Source: Gemmatimonadales bacterium (lineage in GTDB: Bacteria > Gemmatimonadota > Gemmatimonadetes > Gemmatimonadales > GWC2-71-9). From it: a stretch of DNA of 64,000 nt. The DNA lies in NCBI GenBank assembly GCA_041615815.1, contig JBFJCP010000006.1:64001-128000 (forward strand). The letters are read 5' to 3'. The notes below the pieces were generated by a model. It worked only from the letters and a program-made list of their open reading frames with translations. It ran no database searches and had not been told where the DNA came from. Positions within the stretch are counted from its first letter, which is position 1; every line of letters starts with the position of its first letter. Both the position numbers and the translations under genes were made by a program. Positions 39,194 to 49,061 of the stretch are shown here, in pieces.

Positions 39194-41152
39194 CTACCCT
39201 TCGCGCTCCTCGTACTTTTCCTTCAGCTTCGACACCACGGCCGGATCGGCAAGCGTGGTGACGTCCCCAAGTGCGCGCCCAGCAGCGATGTCTTTGAGCA
39301 GACGACGCATGATCTTCCCGCTCCGGGTCTTCGGGAGATCGGCCGAGAAGATTACCGCCTCCGGCCGCGCAATGGGACCGATCTTTTTCGCAACATGCTG
39401 CTTCAGCTCGTCGATCAAGGTCTTGGATGCCTCGTGACCCGAACCCACCGTGACGAAAGCAGCGATTACCTCACCCTTGAGCTCGTCGGGTTTCCCCACG
39501 ACCGCCGCTTCCGCCACGGCGGGATGTGACACGAGCGCGCTTTCCACTTCCATGGTGCCGATTCGGTGTCCGGCAACGTTCAACACGTCGTCGACCCGGC
39601 CCAGAATCCAGAAGTATCCACTCTCGTCGCGCTTGGCACCATCACCGGGAAAGTATCGACCGGGAAACCGACTCCAGTACTGTTCTCGATAACGCTGGTC
39701 GTCGCCGTAAATCGTGCGCAGCATCCCGGGCCAGGGTTGCGTGATGGTGAGAAAGCCACCGCCTTGCTTCACCGGATTGCCATCACCGTCCACCAACTCG
39801 GCTTGGATTCCCGGAAACGGGATGGTGGCCGACCCGGGTTTGGTGGCCGTGACGCCGGGGAGCGGCGTGATCATGATGCCACCAGTCTCGGTTTGCCACC
39901 ACGTATCGACGATGGGGCAGCGCTTTCCGCCAATGTGACGATGGTACCAAATCCAGGCTTCGGGGTTGATGGGTTCCCCCACCGTGCCCAGTAATCGGAG
40001 CGACGAGAGGTCGTGTCTGCTCGGATACTCGGCGCCCCATTTCATGAATGCACGTATGGCGGTGGGCGCGGTGTAGAACACACTGACTCCGTATTCCTCG
40101 ACGATCTCCCAGAATCGATCGTTATCGGGCCAGTTGGGTGCGCCCTCGTACATGACTTGCGTAGCCCCCAGGGCGAGGGGCCCGTAGACAACGTACGTGT
40201 GTCCGGTGACCCAACCGATGTCCGCCGTGCACCAAAACACGTCCTCGTCCTTCAAATCGAAGACCCACTTGGTCGTAGTGACAGCCTGGGTCAGATACCC
40301 GCCCGTGGTATGGACGATGCCCTTCGGCTTCCCGGTGGTACCCGACGTGTAGAGGATGAAGAGCATCGATTCGGCGTCCATGATCGCCGGCTTACAATAC
40401 GACGCTGCCTCGTTCATGAGCTCGTGATACCACTCGTCTCGCCCGGCCTTCATGTGCACCAAGGACTCGTCGACGTCCTTGTTGGGGTGTCGCCGTACGA
40501 CGAGGACCTTCGTAATTGAGGGAGCTTCCGCGACGGCGTCGTCTACGGCCCGTTTGAGGGGGACCGTTTGACCGCGACGATAGCCGATGTCCGCGGTGAT
40601 CACGACCTTGCACTGGGCATCGTTGATGCGATCTCGCAGGGACTCGGCGGAGAATCCGGCAAAGACCACGGAGTGCGGCGCGCCGATTCGGGCGCAGGCC
40701 AGCATCGCCACCGCCGCCTCGGGAATCATGGGCATGTAGATGGCGACGCGGTCACCGCGCTTGACGCCGAGGCCTTTGAGAGCATTGGCACAACGATTCA
40801 CTTCGCGGTAGAGCTCGCGATAGGTGATCGCACGCCGGTCTCCGGGCTCACCCTCCCACAACAGCGCCACCTTGTTCTGTCTGGCAGTGCCCATGTGTCG
40901 GTCGAGACAATTGACCGATACGTTCAGCTTTCCCCCAACGAACCATTTGGCATGGGGCGCCTTCCACTGCAAAACCTTCCGCCAGGGTTTGAACCACTCG
41001 AGCTCGCGAGCCTGCTTCGCCCAGAACCGCTCCAGATTCCTATTGGCCTCTTGATAGATCGACTTGGCCCGCACGTGGGCCGCGCGCTTGAAATGGGCCG
41101 GGGGTAGGAAGGTTCGTCGCTCGCGAAGCAAGGTGTCGAGTCGCTCGGTCAT
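39194..41152 (-). CDS. acs: Acetyl-CoA synthetase (AMP-forming)
   Basis: [44 protein letters not shown]. Confidence 0.97.
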   Translation of the reverse strand: MTERLDTLLRERRTFLPPAHFKRAAHVRAKSIYQEANRNLERFWAKQARELEWFKPWRKVLQWKAPHAKWFVGGKLNVSVNCLDRHMGTARQNKVALLWEGEPGDRRAITYRELYREVNRCANALKGLGVKRGDRVAIYMPMIPEAAVAMLACARIGAPHSVVFAGFSAESLRDRINDAQCKVVITADIGYRRGQTVPLKRAVDDAVAEAPSITKVLVVRRHPNKDVDESLVHMKAGRDEWYHELMNEAASYCKPAIMDAESMLFILYTSGTTGKPKGIVHTTGGYLTQAVTTTKWVFDLKDEDVFWCTADIGWVTGHTYVVYGPLALGATQVMYEGAPNWPDNDRFWEIVEEYGVSVFYTAPTAIRAFMKWGAEYPSRHDLSSLRLLGTVGEPINPEAWIWYHRHIGGKRCPIVDTWWQTETGGIMITPLPGVTATKPGSATIPFPGIQAELVDGDGNPVKQGGGFLTITQPWPGMLRTIYGDDQRYREQYWSRFPGRYFPGDGAKRDESGYFWILGRVDDVLNVAGHRIGTMEVESALVSHPAVAEAAVVGKPDELKGEVIAAFVTVGSGHEASKTLIDELKQHVAKKIGPIARPEAVIFSADLPKTRSGKIMRRLLKDIAAGRALGDVTTLADPAVVSKLKEKYEEREG

Positions 41153-41193
41153 GGAAGCCGCCTTGGCGTAACGAGAGTGAGTGATTCGGCTTG

Positions 41194-41222
41194 TTGACGA
41201 TCGTGGGACGTTGGGATATTAT
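41194..41222 (+). promoter_or_regulatory. Sigma-70 promoter of the cold-shock gene
   Basis: TTGACG-N17-TATTAT. Confidence 0.65.
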
Positions 41223-41315
41223 CGCGCCGCCTCCCAACCTGCCGCGCGGCTGGATCCGCCTGCGGACCCGCCCGGCCGGATTGATTGTCGTTCACCCAGC
41301 AGGAGTGTCTAGCAT

Positions 41316-41522
41316 ATGTCCCGCACCAATGGCAGAGTCAAGTGGTTCAACGACGCCAAAGGCTATGGCTTCATCGAACGCGACGGGGGCCCCGACGTCT
41401 TCGTCCACTACTCTGCTATCCAGGCCGATGGGTTTCGGACGCTGAAGGCGAACGACGAAGTGGAGTTCGAAGTTCAGGAGGGGCCGAAAGGGCTGCACGC
41501 CAGCAACGTCATCCGAATGTAG
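41316..41522 (+). CDS. Cold-shock protein (CspA family)
   Basis: [35 protein letters not shown]. Confidence 0.96.
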   Translation: MSRTNGRVKWFNDAKGYGFIERDGGPDVFVHYSAIQADGFRTLKANDEVEFEVQEGPKGLHASNVIRM

Positions 41523-41550
41523 GTCGGCAGTTGCTTCGCGAGCCCACCCG

Positions 41551-41580
41551 GGCCCGGCGTTACGCGCCGGGCCTTTTTTT
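41551..41580 (+). terminator. Intrinsic terminator after the cold-shock gene
   Basis: GGCCCGGCGT-TAC-GCGCCGGGCC followed by T7. Confidence 0.85.
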
Positions 41581-41749
41581 GTCTCGCGGGCACGACCGTT
41601 GCAGAAAACGTTCCAGTGACGCGTCGTGCAGCCGACACCGGTGTGAGCCCGCTCACGCCAGGGGCCGTAAACGCCTTTAGGGCAAACGGTTACAGGTATG
41701 GTACCGATTCCTGCTATGACCTGGGGTTGGTGCAGGCGGGAGAGACTCG

Positions 41750-42094
41750 ATGCGACGTTCGGAAGGACTGTCTGTGAGCACGATCGACACCAGGGGACAT
41801 GAGCGAATCCTGGTGGCGCCCCGGGAGCTCGGGGTAGCCACTCGGACCGACTTCCGGCGCTCCGCACTCAAGGCGCTGGCCGAGATGCCGGAGGGGGCCG
41901 GTCGACTCATCATCGACCTCACCGCCACTCGAACGGTGGACAGTGCCGGGCTCAGCTCGCTGATTCTCGTACAGCGTCGAGCTGCGGCTCGACGGCAGGT
42001 CGTTCGCCTCCGAGCGGTGCACGAGGAGCTCCGTTTCCTCTTGGTCCTCACAAAACTCGACGACCTGTTCGAAATCGAGGAGCATCCCGTCTGA
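41750..42094 (+). CDS. STAS domain protein (anti-sigma factor antagonist-like)
   Basis: LIIDL....VDSAGL..L, L.LTKL..LF. GTG 41774 is an alternative start. Confidence 0.85.
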   Translation: MRRSEGLSVSTIDTRGHERILVAPRELGVATRTDFRRSALKALAEMPEGAGRLIIDLTATRTVDSAGLSSLILVQRRAAARRQVVRLRAVHEELRFLLVLTKLDDLFEIEEHPV

Positions 42095-42205
42095 ATCCAT
42101 CTTCACGTCCCGCTTTTCCCCCGCCATGCAGTCCCTTACCTTAGAAAAGCCGTACAAAGAAACATACGCGTTCGCTGAAGCGGGTTCCCCGTACCCCACT
42201 GTGTC

Positions 42206-42571
42206 ATGACCCAAGCAACTCGGCGCAAGGTGTTGTTCGTCGAAGATCAAGCCGATCTGCGGAAGGCGTACGCCCGGTACTTCAAAGACCGATTCGACAT
42301 GGCCTTTGCCGGTACGGGAGCAGAAGCGATGGCCGAGTTCGCCAGTTTCACGCCCGAAGTGGTGGTCCTGGACATGCAATTACCCGACACTGACGGGATC
42401 GATCTCTTGCGGCAGCTCCGGGTCAAGCAGCCCGAGATTCCCGCTATCATCACGACCGCGTATAGCAGCATGGAACCGCTAGTCGAGGTCCTCGGGATGG
42501 GCCATAGCGGGTATCTGGTCAAACCGTTCGACTTGAACGACCTCGCCGCCTGCATCGATGCCGCCAACTGA
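42206..42571 (+). CDS. Single-domain response regulator
   Basis: VLFVED, VVLDM.LP..DG, ITTA, YLVKPF. Confidence 0.9.
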   Translation: MTQATRRKVLFVEDQADLRKAYARYFKDRFDMAFAGTGAEAMAEFASFTPEVVVLDMQLPDTDGIDLLRQLRVKQPEIPAIITTAYSSMEPLVEVLGMGHSGYLVKPFDLNDLAACIDAAN

Positions 42572-43253
42572 CGTCGTCGTCAGGCTGGAAGGAGTCTCTC
42601 GCCGCTTCGGCCACCGCCTGATCCTCCAGGAAGTTTCGCTCGACGTTGCGCGCGGTGAGGCAATCTTACTCATCGGCAAGAACGGCGCGGGCAAGACCAC
42701 GTTACTGCGCCTCATCGCCGGGCTCCTCAAGCCCACGATGGGGCGGATCGAGCGCCATGGGGGAGTCGGGATGGTAGCGCATCACACGATGCTCTACGAT
42801 GCCCTCACGGCGCGCGAGAATCTCCGATTCTTCGCCAAGCTGCACGTCGTTTCGGCCCAGGGGAGCGTCGAGTCTCTGCTGGAGCGGGTTGGACTCACCG
42901 ATGCGATGGATCAGCGAATCGGGACGTTCAGCCGGGGAATGCTACAACGACTGACGATTGCCAGAGCGCTGCTCCACGATCCGGCCATCCTGCTTTTGGA
43001 CGAGCCGCTGAGCGGGTTGGACGACACCGGTTCTCAGGTCGTGATGGAGTTGTTCGCGGATCTCCGCGCCCGCGGCCGAGCCATCCTCATTGCCACCCAC
43101 CAGATCGCCGAGCTCACGCCGCTGGGATCCCGCGTGGGGTATCTGGTCCAGGGTCGCATGGCTGCGTTGGAGCCGCTCGATGGACGTGGTGCGGACGCTG
43201 TGTTGGATCGCTACCGTTCACTCGTGAGCTATCGTGGCCAACCGGCTGCTTAG
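42558..43253 (+). CDS. ccmA: Heme exporter ATP-binding subunit CcmA
   Basis: GKNGAGKT, LTARENL.F, FSRGM.QR, LLLDEP. Upstream of ccmB and ccmC. Confidence 0.88.
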   Translation: MPPTDVVVRLEGVSRRFGHRLILQEVSLDVARGEAILLIGKNGAGKTTLLRLIAGLLKPTMGRIERHGGVGMVAHHTMLYDALTARENLRFFAKLHVVSAQGSVESLLERVGLTDAMDQRIGTFSRGMLQRLTIARALLHDPAILLLDEPLSGLDDTGSQVVMELFADLRARGRAILIATHQIAELTPLGSRVGYLVQGRMAALEPLDGRGADAVLDRYRSLVSYRGQPAA

Positions 43254-43917
43254 CGCGAGTCTCGCCATCGCCGGGAAAGACCTGGCCATCGAGTGGCGGA
43301 CGAGAACGGCGTTCATCTCCTCCATGGTATTTGCCGTTCTCGTGCTAGCAGTGCTGTTCTTTGCCCGCGACCCAACCGCGGTGGCGAACATCGACATCGC
43401 CCCGGGCGCCCTCTGGGTGACCTTCACGTTTGCCGCGATGGTGGGACTCAACCGGGCCTTTCTCCTGGAGCGCGAGAACCGGGCGTTGGACGGTCTGCTG
43501 CTGACTCCGGCTCCGCCGACTGCCATTTTCATTGGGAAGGTGCTCGGGAACCTGGCTTTTGTGGGGGCCGTCGAACTCGCCGCCCTTCCCTTGTTCATTC
43601 TGTTTTACGACGTGGCGGTCTGGCGCCAACTCCCGCAGCTGCTCCTCGTGACCGCGATGGCGACCGTGGCGTTCGTCGCCGTGGGCACCTTGCTGAGCTC
43701 GATGGTGGTGCGGACCCGATTCGCCGAGCTGATGCTGCCGGTCCTGTTGCTCCCGTTTCTCGTTCCCCCAGTGGTGGCTGCGGTTCAGCTCACGTCCCGC
43801 CTGCTCATTGGACGTCCCTTGAGTGAGCTGGCCGGCTGGCTTAAGTTGCTCGCCGCCTTCGATCTCGTCTTCGTACTCTTGTCCGTACTCCTATTTGAGG
43901 CGACTCTGGACGAATGA
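43234..43917 (+). CDS. ccmB: Heme exporter permease CcmB
   Basis: KDL..E.R, PG.LW, F..E.E...LDGL, LP.LLLP...P, six TM. Confidence 0.9.
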   Translation: MANRLLSASLAIAGKDLAIEWRTRTAFISSMVFAVLVLAVLFFARDPTAVANIDIAPGALWVTFTFAAMVGLNRAFLLERENRALDGLLLTPAPPTAIFIGKVLGNLAFVGAVELAALPLFILFYDVAVWRQLPQLLLVTAMATVAFVAVGTLLSSMVVRTRFAELMLPVLLLPFLVPPVVAAVQLTSRLLIGRPLSELAGWLKLLAAFDLVFVLLSVLLFEATLDE

Positions 43918-44618
43918 CCGCTCGTGATCGCGCGCTTCGACTGGCTCGCATCGGACAGATGATCACCGCCGTCGCGTTACTCGGGTTGGCCGGCATCTTC
44001 ATCCGGGCGCTGGTGTTCACACCCGTGGAGCGGTTTCAGGGGCCAGCACAAAAGATTTTCTATGTCCACGCCCCCGCGGCGTGGGCGGGACTGGTGGCGT
44101 TTGCCATCACGGGTCTCCTGAGTCTCCTCTATCTGTTTCTCAAGGATCGAAAATTGGATCTCGTCGCGGCGTCATCCGCTGAAGTGGGCGTGGCGTTCGC
44201 GACGGTCATGCTGACCACCGGGCCCATTTGGGGCAAACCGATCTGGGGTACGTGGTGGACGTGGGATGCCCGGTTGACATCGACACTGTTCATTTTCCTG
44301 CTGTTCGTCGGGTACCTGGCCCTCCGAAATGCCGTGACCGATCCTGGTACACGGGCGGCCTATTCAGCCGTTCTCGGCATCATGGCGCTGGTTTTGGTGC
44401 CGTTCATCCACGTCACCGTTTACTGGTTTCGCACGCTCCATCCCCAGCCCGTGCTGGTCAAGCCAGGCGCCCCCTCGCTGCCCGGCGTCATGCTGGTCAC
44501 GCTCTTACTGTCCATAGTCGTGTTCACGGTCTTGTACCTCGGGTTCACGACCCAGCGCTACGCTCTCGCCCTTTTGCAGGAGCTACGGGAAGAGGAGTTC
44601 GCTCGTGGAGTTTCCTGA
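43914..44618 (+). CDS. ccmC: Cytochrome c biogenesis protein CcmC
   Basis: IFYVH.P.AW, WWD motif TG.IWGKPIWGTWWTWDARL, RTLHP. Confidence 0.95.
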   Translation: MTARDRALRLARIGQMITAVALLGLAGIFIRALVFTPVERFQGPAQKIFYVHAPAAWAGLVAFAITGLLSLLYLFLKDRKLDLVAASSAEVGVAFATVMLTTGPIWGKPIWGTWWTWDARLTSTLFIFLLFVGYLALRNAVTDPGTRAAYSAVLGIMALVLVPFIHVTVYWFRTLHPQPVLVKPGAPSLPGVMLVTLLLSIVVFTVLYLGFTTQRYALALLQELREEEFARGVS

Positions 44619-44715
44619 CAATGGTGCCTACATGGTAGCGGCGTACATCATTACGGCCGTCGTTGTGATCGTCTATGCGGCCTCATTGTTCATCCGGACC
44701 CGCCGGCACCGCTGA
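44605..44715 (+). CDS. ccmD: CcmD-like small membrane protein (36 aa, not in the ORF track)
   Basis: MEFPDNGAYMVAAYIITAVVVIVYAASLFIRTRRHR. GAGGAG RBS 7 nt before the GTG; sits between ccmC and hemC. Confidence 0.75.
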   Translation: MEFPDNGAYMVAAYIITAVVVIVYAASLFIRTRRHR

Positions 44716-44724
44716 CCACCGTTC

Positions 44725-45642
44725 ATGAGCGCGCTCCGAATCGGCACCCGGAGTAGCGCGCTGGCTCTCTGGCAAGCCCGTCGCGTTCAACAGCTGCTTG
44801 CGAACGCAGACATCCCGTCTGAGCTCGTCGAGATCTCGACACTGGGCGATCGAGGAACCACGACATCGCCGACCACGGACGCGATCAAAGGGCTCTTCAC
44901 CAAGGAAATCGAACACGCGCTCCTCTTTGGGAAGGTCGATCTGGCCGTGCATTCCCTCAAAGACTTGTGGGTGGAGCTCCCGGCAGGGTTGGTCTTGGCC
45001 GCCGTCCCGGAGCGAGCGGACCCACGGGACGCGTTGTATGCACGTGGCGGCCGAGGACTCGATGCCCTAGCCTCAGGAGCCCGCGTGGGGACGTCGAGTC
45101 TCCGGCGGGCTGCCGCGCTGCGGCATGCGCGTCCGGACCTGCAAGTGCTGCCGCTACGTGGCAACGTGCCCACGCGGATGCGCCGCGTGGATGCAGGGGA
45201 GTTGGACGGCGCGGTGCTCGCCATGGCGGGGCTCGAGCGGCTCGGAACCGCCCGAGAGGCCGTGCCCCTCGATCCGGAACGATTCGTCCCCGCCCCGGGG
45301 CAAGGGGCATTGGCTGTCGAGGCCCGGGCCGAAGACCGCGACGTGCTGCAGATGATCGCAACACTGGACGATCCCGAGGCGCGGTGGGGCATCACCGCCG
45401 AACGTACCGCTATCGCGGCCCTGGGCGGCGGGTGCAACGTTCCGATCGGCGCGTTGGCAGCCGCAGCCGACGATGGACGGAGGTTGCACGTGGCGGTCTA
45501 CCGGGAGGATGGCGGCGCGCCCCTCATGGTGCGCGTGGAGGTCGATCCCACGCGTCCTGAAGCTGCCGGGCATGCCGCCGCGGCGAAGCTCGTGCGGCTG
45601 GGCGTACGCGCCGTGCTCGAGAGCTGGAATACCGATGATTGA
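44725..45642 (+). CDS. hemC: Hydroxymethylbilane synthase
   Basis: IGTR.S.LALWQ, KGLFTKEIE, DLAVHSLKD, GTSSLRR, RGNV.TR, GGGC. Confidence 0.95.
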   Translation: MSALRIGTRSSALALWQARRVQQLLANADIPSELVEISTLGDRGTTTSPTTDAIKGLFTKEIEHALLFGKVDLAVHSLKDLWVELPAGLVLAAVPERADPRDALYARGGRGLDALASGARVGTSSLRRAAALRHARPDLQVLPLRGNVPTRMRRVDAGELDGAVLAMAGLERLGTAREAVPLDPERFVPAPGQGALAVEARAEDRDVLQMIATLDDPEARWGITAERTAIAALGGGCNVPIGALAAAADDGRRLHVAVYREDGGAPLMVRVEVDPTRPEAAGHAAAAKLVRLGVRAVLESWNTDD

Positions 45643-45654
45643 GGTCCGAGTCGA

Positions 45655-46632
45655 GTGAAAGGGTTTCCACAAATCCGCATGCGGCGCTTGCGGCGAAGCG
45701 TTGGTCTGCGACGCCTGGTGAGAGAAGCCCGGCTCGAGGCGGCCCAACTCGTATGGCCCGTGTTCTTCACGCACGGCACGCAGGAAGAGCCCATCCCCGC
45801 TATGCCCGGAGTTGCACGGTACCCGATTTCGGATGGCGCGAAGGTGGCTGCGCGGGCGAGCGACCTCGGACTCGGCGGGGTGCTGGTGTTCGGGGTTCCT
45901 GCATCCAAAGACCAAGTGGGAAGCGGAGCTTACGCCGCAGAGGGCGTCGTTCAGCGTGCGGTGAGCGCCCTCAAGCGGGCGGCACCTGGATTAGTGGTGA
46001 TCACGGATGTCTGTTTGTGTGCGTATACCGATCACGGCCACTGCGGTGTGGTGATCGACGGACAGATCGACAACGACGAGAGTGTCAAGCTGCTGGCCCA
46101 GACTGCGGTGTCGCATGCGCGGGCCGGCGCGGACATTGTCGCACCAAGTGACATGATGGACGGACGCGTCACCGCGATTCGCACCGCGCTAGACCACGCG
46201 GGTCAGGCCCACACGGCCATTCTCTCATATGCGGCCAAGTACGCGTCTGCGTTCTACGGGCCGTTTCGCGAAGCGGCGGGGAGCGCTCCGCAGTTCGGCG
46301 ACCGCCGATCGTACCAAATGGATCCGGGTAACGGCGATGAGGCGCTGCGGGAGATCGAGTTGGATCTGGACGAGGGGGCCGATCTCGTGATGATCAAGCC
46401 CGGACTGCCGTGCTTGGACATCATCCGGCGAGCCAAAGATCGCTTTGGCGGTCCTATCGCCGCGTATCAGGTCAGTGGCGAGTACTCCATGATCAAACTC
46501 GCGGCCGAGCATGGGACACTGGACGGCCAGGCCACGATGCTCGAAGCGCTGCTTGCCTTACGACGGGCCGGTGCCGATATCATCGTGACGTACGCAGCAC
46601 CGGATGTGGCCGCAACACTGCGAGCCCGTTGA
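45655..46632 (+). CDS. hemB: Porphobilinogen synthase (Zn-type)
   Basis: DVCLCAYTDHGHCG, APSDMMDGR, KYASAFYGPFR, AYQVSGEY. Confidence 0.96.
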   Translation: MKGFPQIRMRRLRRSVGLRRLVREARLEAAQLVWPVFFTHGTQEEPIPAMPGVARYPISDGAKVAARASDLGLGGVLVFGVPASKDQVGSGAYAAEGVVQRAVSALKRAAPGLVVITDVCLCAYTDHGHCGVVIDGQIDNDESVKLLAQTAVSHARAGADIVAPSDMMDGRVTAIRTALDHAGQAHTAILSYAAKYASAFYGPFREAAGSAPQFGDRRSYQMDPGNGDEALREIELDLDEGADLVMIKPGLPCLDIIRRAKDRFGGPIAAYQVSGEYSMIKLAAEHGTLDGQATMLEALLALRRAGADIIVTYAAPDVAATLRAR

Positions 46633-46636
46633 GCGT

Positions 46637-47338
46637 CTAGGTACCCTTCGCGCCACCGGCCTCCCGGCCCCGCGGCAGTAGGAGCCCTGCCCAGAGGAGT
46701 CCCGCCGCCGCCCCGCCCAAGAGCGGGCCGGCCCAGTACACGTAGTGTCCGTGCCATTCTTGCGCCACCAACGCCGGACCGAATGCGCGAACCGGGTTCA
46801 TCGCGGCACCCGTGAGGGGACCTCCCGCGAGGATATCGAAGAGCAACACCAATCCGATCCCGAATCCCCCCACTTTGGGGGCCTCGGGTGAGATCGCGGT
46901 ACCGAATACAGCGCTGACCAAGAACAGCGTCAGCAGTGCTTCGATGACGAGCGCTTCAGTGCCGGTGAGCGTTCCCGAGATTCGCGGAACCCCGTACCCC
47001 GTGACCTGACCAGCGAGGTCGGGGTACAGCCAGCGGACCATGAGCGCGGCAATGACGGCGGCGCCCACTTGCGTGGCGATGTAGAATGCGCCGGTTTGCG
47101 TGTCGATCTTCTTGGCCAACCAAACGCCAAATGTCACGGCGGGGTTCAGATGCCCCCCGGAGATGGGCATGGTGGCGGTCACCATCACCGCGAAAACGAT
47201 GGCGTGTGCCAGCGCGATTCCGGCGAGTCCGAGACCGCCGCCGGTGTGGGCGTCAGCCACCACCGCACCGGCTCCAATGAACACGAATGCAAATGTACCG
47301 AGAAACTCGGCCGCGAGAGGACGTGCGAGGGCGTGCAT
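46637..47338 (-). CDS. MIP/aquaporin family channel
   Basis: AEFLGTF, ISGGHLNPAVT, GAAMNPVR.FGP, YW.GP. Confidence 0.92.
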   Translation of the reverse strand: MHALARPLAAEFLGTFAFVFIGAGAVVADAHTGGGLGLAGIALAHAIVFAVMVTATMPISGGHLNPAVTFGVWLAKKIDTQTGAFYIATQVGAAVIAALMVRWLYPDLAGQVTGYGVPRISGTLTGTEALVIEALLTLFLVSAVFGTAISPEAPKVGGFGIGLVLLFDILAGGPLTGAAMNPVRAFGPALVAQEWHGHYVYWAGPLLGGAAAGLLWAGLLLPRGREAGGAKGT

Positions 47339-47385
47339 TGGATGCTCCGCTGAGGATAAGGGCGCAGTAAGGTAACTCGGAGCCG

Positions 47386-48618
47386 TCAGGACCGCTTCAG
47401 CACCAGGACGGCATTGACCCCACCGAACCCGAACGAGTTGGATACGATGGCCTCGGGAATTTCATTCAGCCCGCCGTTGGCGAGATAGTCGAGATCACAG
47501 TCAGGGTCGGGCGCCTCGAGGTTTACGGTGGGTGGGAGCCACCCCCGCTCCATTCCGAGGGCGCAAATCGCTACCTCGATGGCGCCGCTTGCTCCCAATG
47601 CATGACCGGAGTACGGCTTGGTGCCGCTGATGGCGAGCTTGTAGGCGCGATCGCCAAATACCTGCTTGATCGCCAAGGTTTCCGTGGTGTCGTTCAGCAC
47701 GGTGGACGATCCGTGCGCGTTGACGTAACCGATCTCGTGGGGCAACACATGCGCGTCCTGCAGCGCCAACCGTATGGCTCGGGCCGCCTCACGCCCGTCG
47801 GGTTTGGGCGCAGTCATGTGGTAGGCATCGTTGGTGAGACCATAGCCGGCGACTTCGGCATAGATACGAGCACCTCGAGCCGCCGCCCGATCGCGGCGCT
47901 CGAGCACCAGAACGGCTGCGCCCTCACCCATTACGAATCCATCGCGTCCACGATCGAATGGGCGACACGCCGACGCAGGATCGTCATTCCGCGTCGACAT
48001 GGCGCGGATAATGGTGAAGGCGCCGAAACACAAGGGAGAGAGCGGCGCTTCAGACCCGCCGGCGAGCATGATGTCGGCTTCCCCTGCACGAATCGCGCGG
48101 GATGCCTCCCCCACCGCGACGGTGCCGGAGGCGCAGGACATGGCGTTGGTGCTGTTGGGACCGGTGATTCCAAATTGAATCGCGATGTTGCACGATACGG
48201 CACCCCCGAACACCGACAATGCCAGACCGGGATCTACACATTTGATTCCGTCCCGGCGATAAATCTCCGCTTGAGTTTCCGCGAGCCCAACACCACCCAG
48301 CGCCGAACCCATCATGACGCCTATCCGGTCGCGGTCCTCGCCAGCCGTATCGATCTCGGCGTCATGCATGGCCATACGCGCGGCGGCCACGCCGAGCTGA
48401 GAAAACCGGTCGAAGCGCCGGACCGCCTTGCGCGGCAAGTGATCCGCAGGGACGAAATCGTCCACCTCGGCAGCAATGCGAGAGCGGAACCCGGAGGCAT
48501 CGAACCGCGTGATCTCTCGAATGGGCGAGCGCCGCGTTTGGAGACCGGCCCACAGCCCGTCCACCCCACTGCCCGTGGCGGTCACGCACCCGACGCCCGT
48601 AATAACGACGGCGGTCAT
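47386..48618 (-). CDS. Beta-ketoacyl synthase II-like ketosynthase (FabF family)
   Basis: VVITG.G, catalytic Cys in SCASG, GFVMGEGA, NAHGSST, GHALGA, SNSFGFGG.N. Confidence 0.92.
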   Translation of the reverse strand: MTAVVITGVGCVTATGSGVDGLWAGLQTRRSPIREITRFDASGFRSRIAAEVDDFVPADHLPRKAVRRFDRFSQLGVAAARMAMHDAEIDTAGEDRDRIGVMMGSALGGVGLAETQAEIYRRDGIKCVDPGLALSVFGGAVSCNIAIQFGITGPNSTNAMSCASGTVAVGEASRAIRAGEADIMLAGGSEAPLSPLCFGAFTIIRAMSTRNDDPASACRPFDRGRDGFVMGEGAAVLVLERRDRAAARGARIYAEVAGYGLTNDAYHMTAPKPDGREAARAIRLALQDAHVLPHEIGYVNAHGSSTVLNDTTETLAIKQVFGDRAYKLAISGTKPYSGHALGASGAIEVAICALGMERGWLPPTVNLEAPDPDCDLDYLANGGLNEIPEAIVSNSFGFGGVNAVLVLKRS

Positions 48619-49061
48619 TGATGCTCCGCTTCCCGCTTCACGCCTGCCAACGTGCGTGAGGCGATGTGATGGATAAAGACGGGTCCGATCACGACGTTGG
48701 CCGCGAGACGGCCGATGAGCGGCCACCGCGGTCCGTCCCACACGTGCTCGATCGTCACATGCACGATTCCCCCACGCTCTTCGAGCCTCCATTCCACGTC
48801 CATTCCCGTGGTGATGCCCCGCACGTGGCGGTATCGGATCAGGTGATCGTGCGGGACGACCTCCATGACCGAGACCCACCAGGTAGGCCATCGGAGCGGC
48901 CCCACGAACGGCCGCCAGGCGGCCATCTCGACGAGGTGCTGCTCCACCTGTCGCACCCATCGGTAGTGCGGGAGAAAGCCCGGCCAGCGCTCCACATTTT
49001 TGGCCACGGCAAACACCCGATCCATCGGCGCGCGGACGGTGGTGCGATCGATGGTTCTCAT
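48615..49061 (-). CDS. SRPBCC/START-fold protein (polyketide cyclase/aromatase- or Coq10-like)
   Basis: VRAP...VF.VA..VERWP.FLPH, M..EW, C-terminal IA.RTL..VK..AE helix. Confidence 0.82.
   Translation of the reverse strand: MRTIDRTTVRAPMDRVFAVAKNVERWPGFLPHYRWVRQVEQHLVEMAAWRPFVGPLRWPTWWVSVMEVVPHDHLIRYRHVRGITTGMDVEWRLEERGGIVHVTIEHVWDGPRWPLIGRLAANVVIGPVFIHHIASRTLAGVKREAEHQ

Noticed and set aside
41699..41715. Sigma-54-like TGGTAC..CTGCT upstream of the STAS gene
   Set aside because: Spacing is GG-N11-GC, and sigma-54 needs N10.
42126..42209. 27-aa ORF whose TGA overlaps the response regulator ATG
   Set aside because: No RBS or protein features; likely a chance product of the ATGA start.
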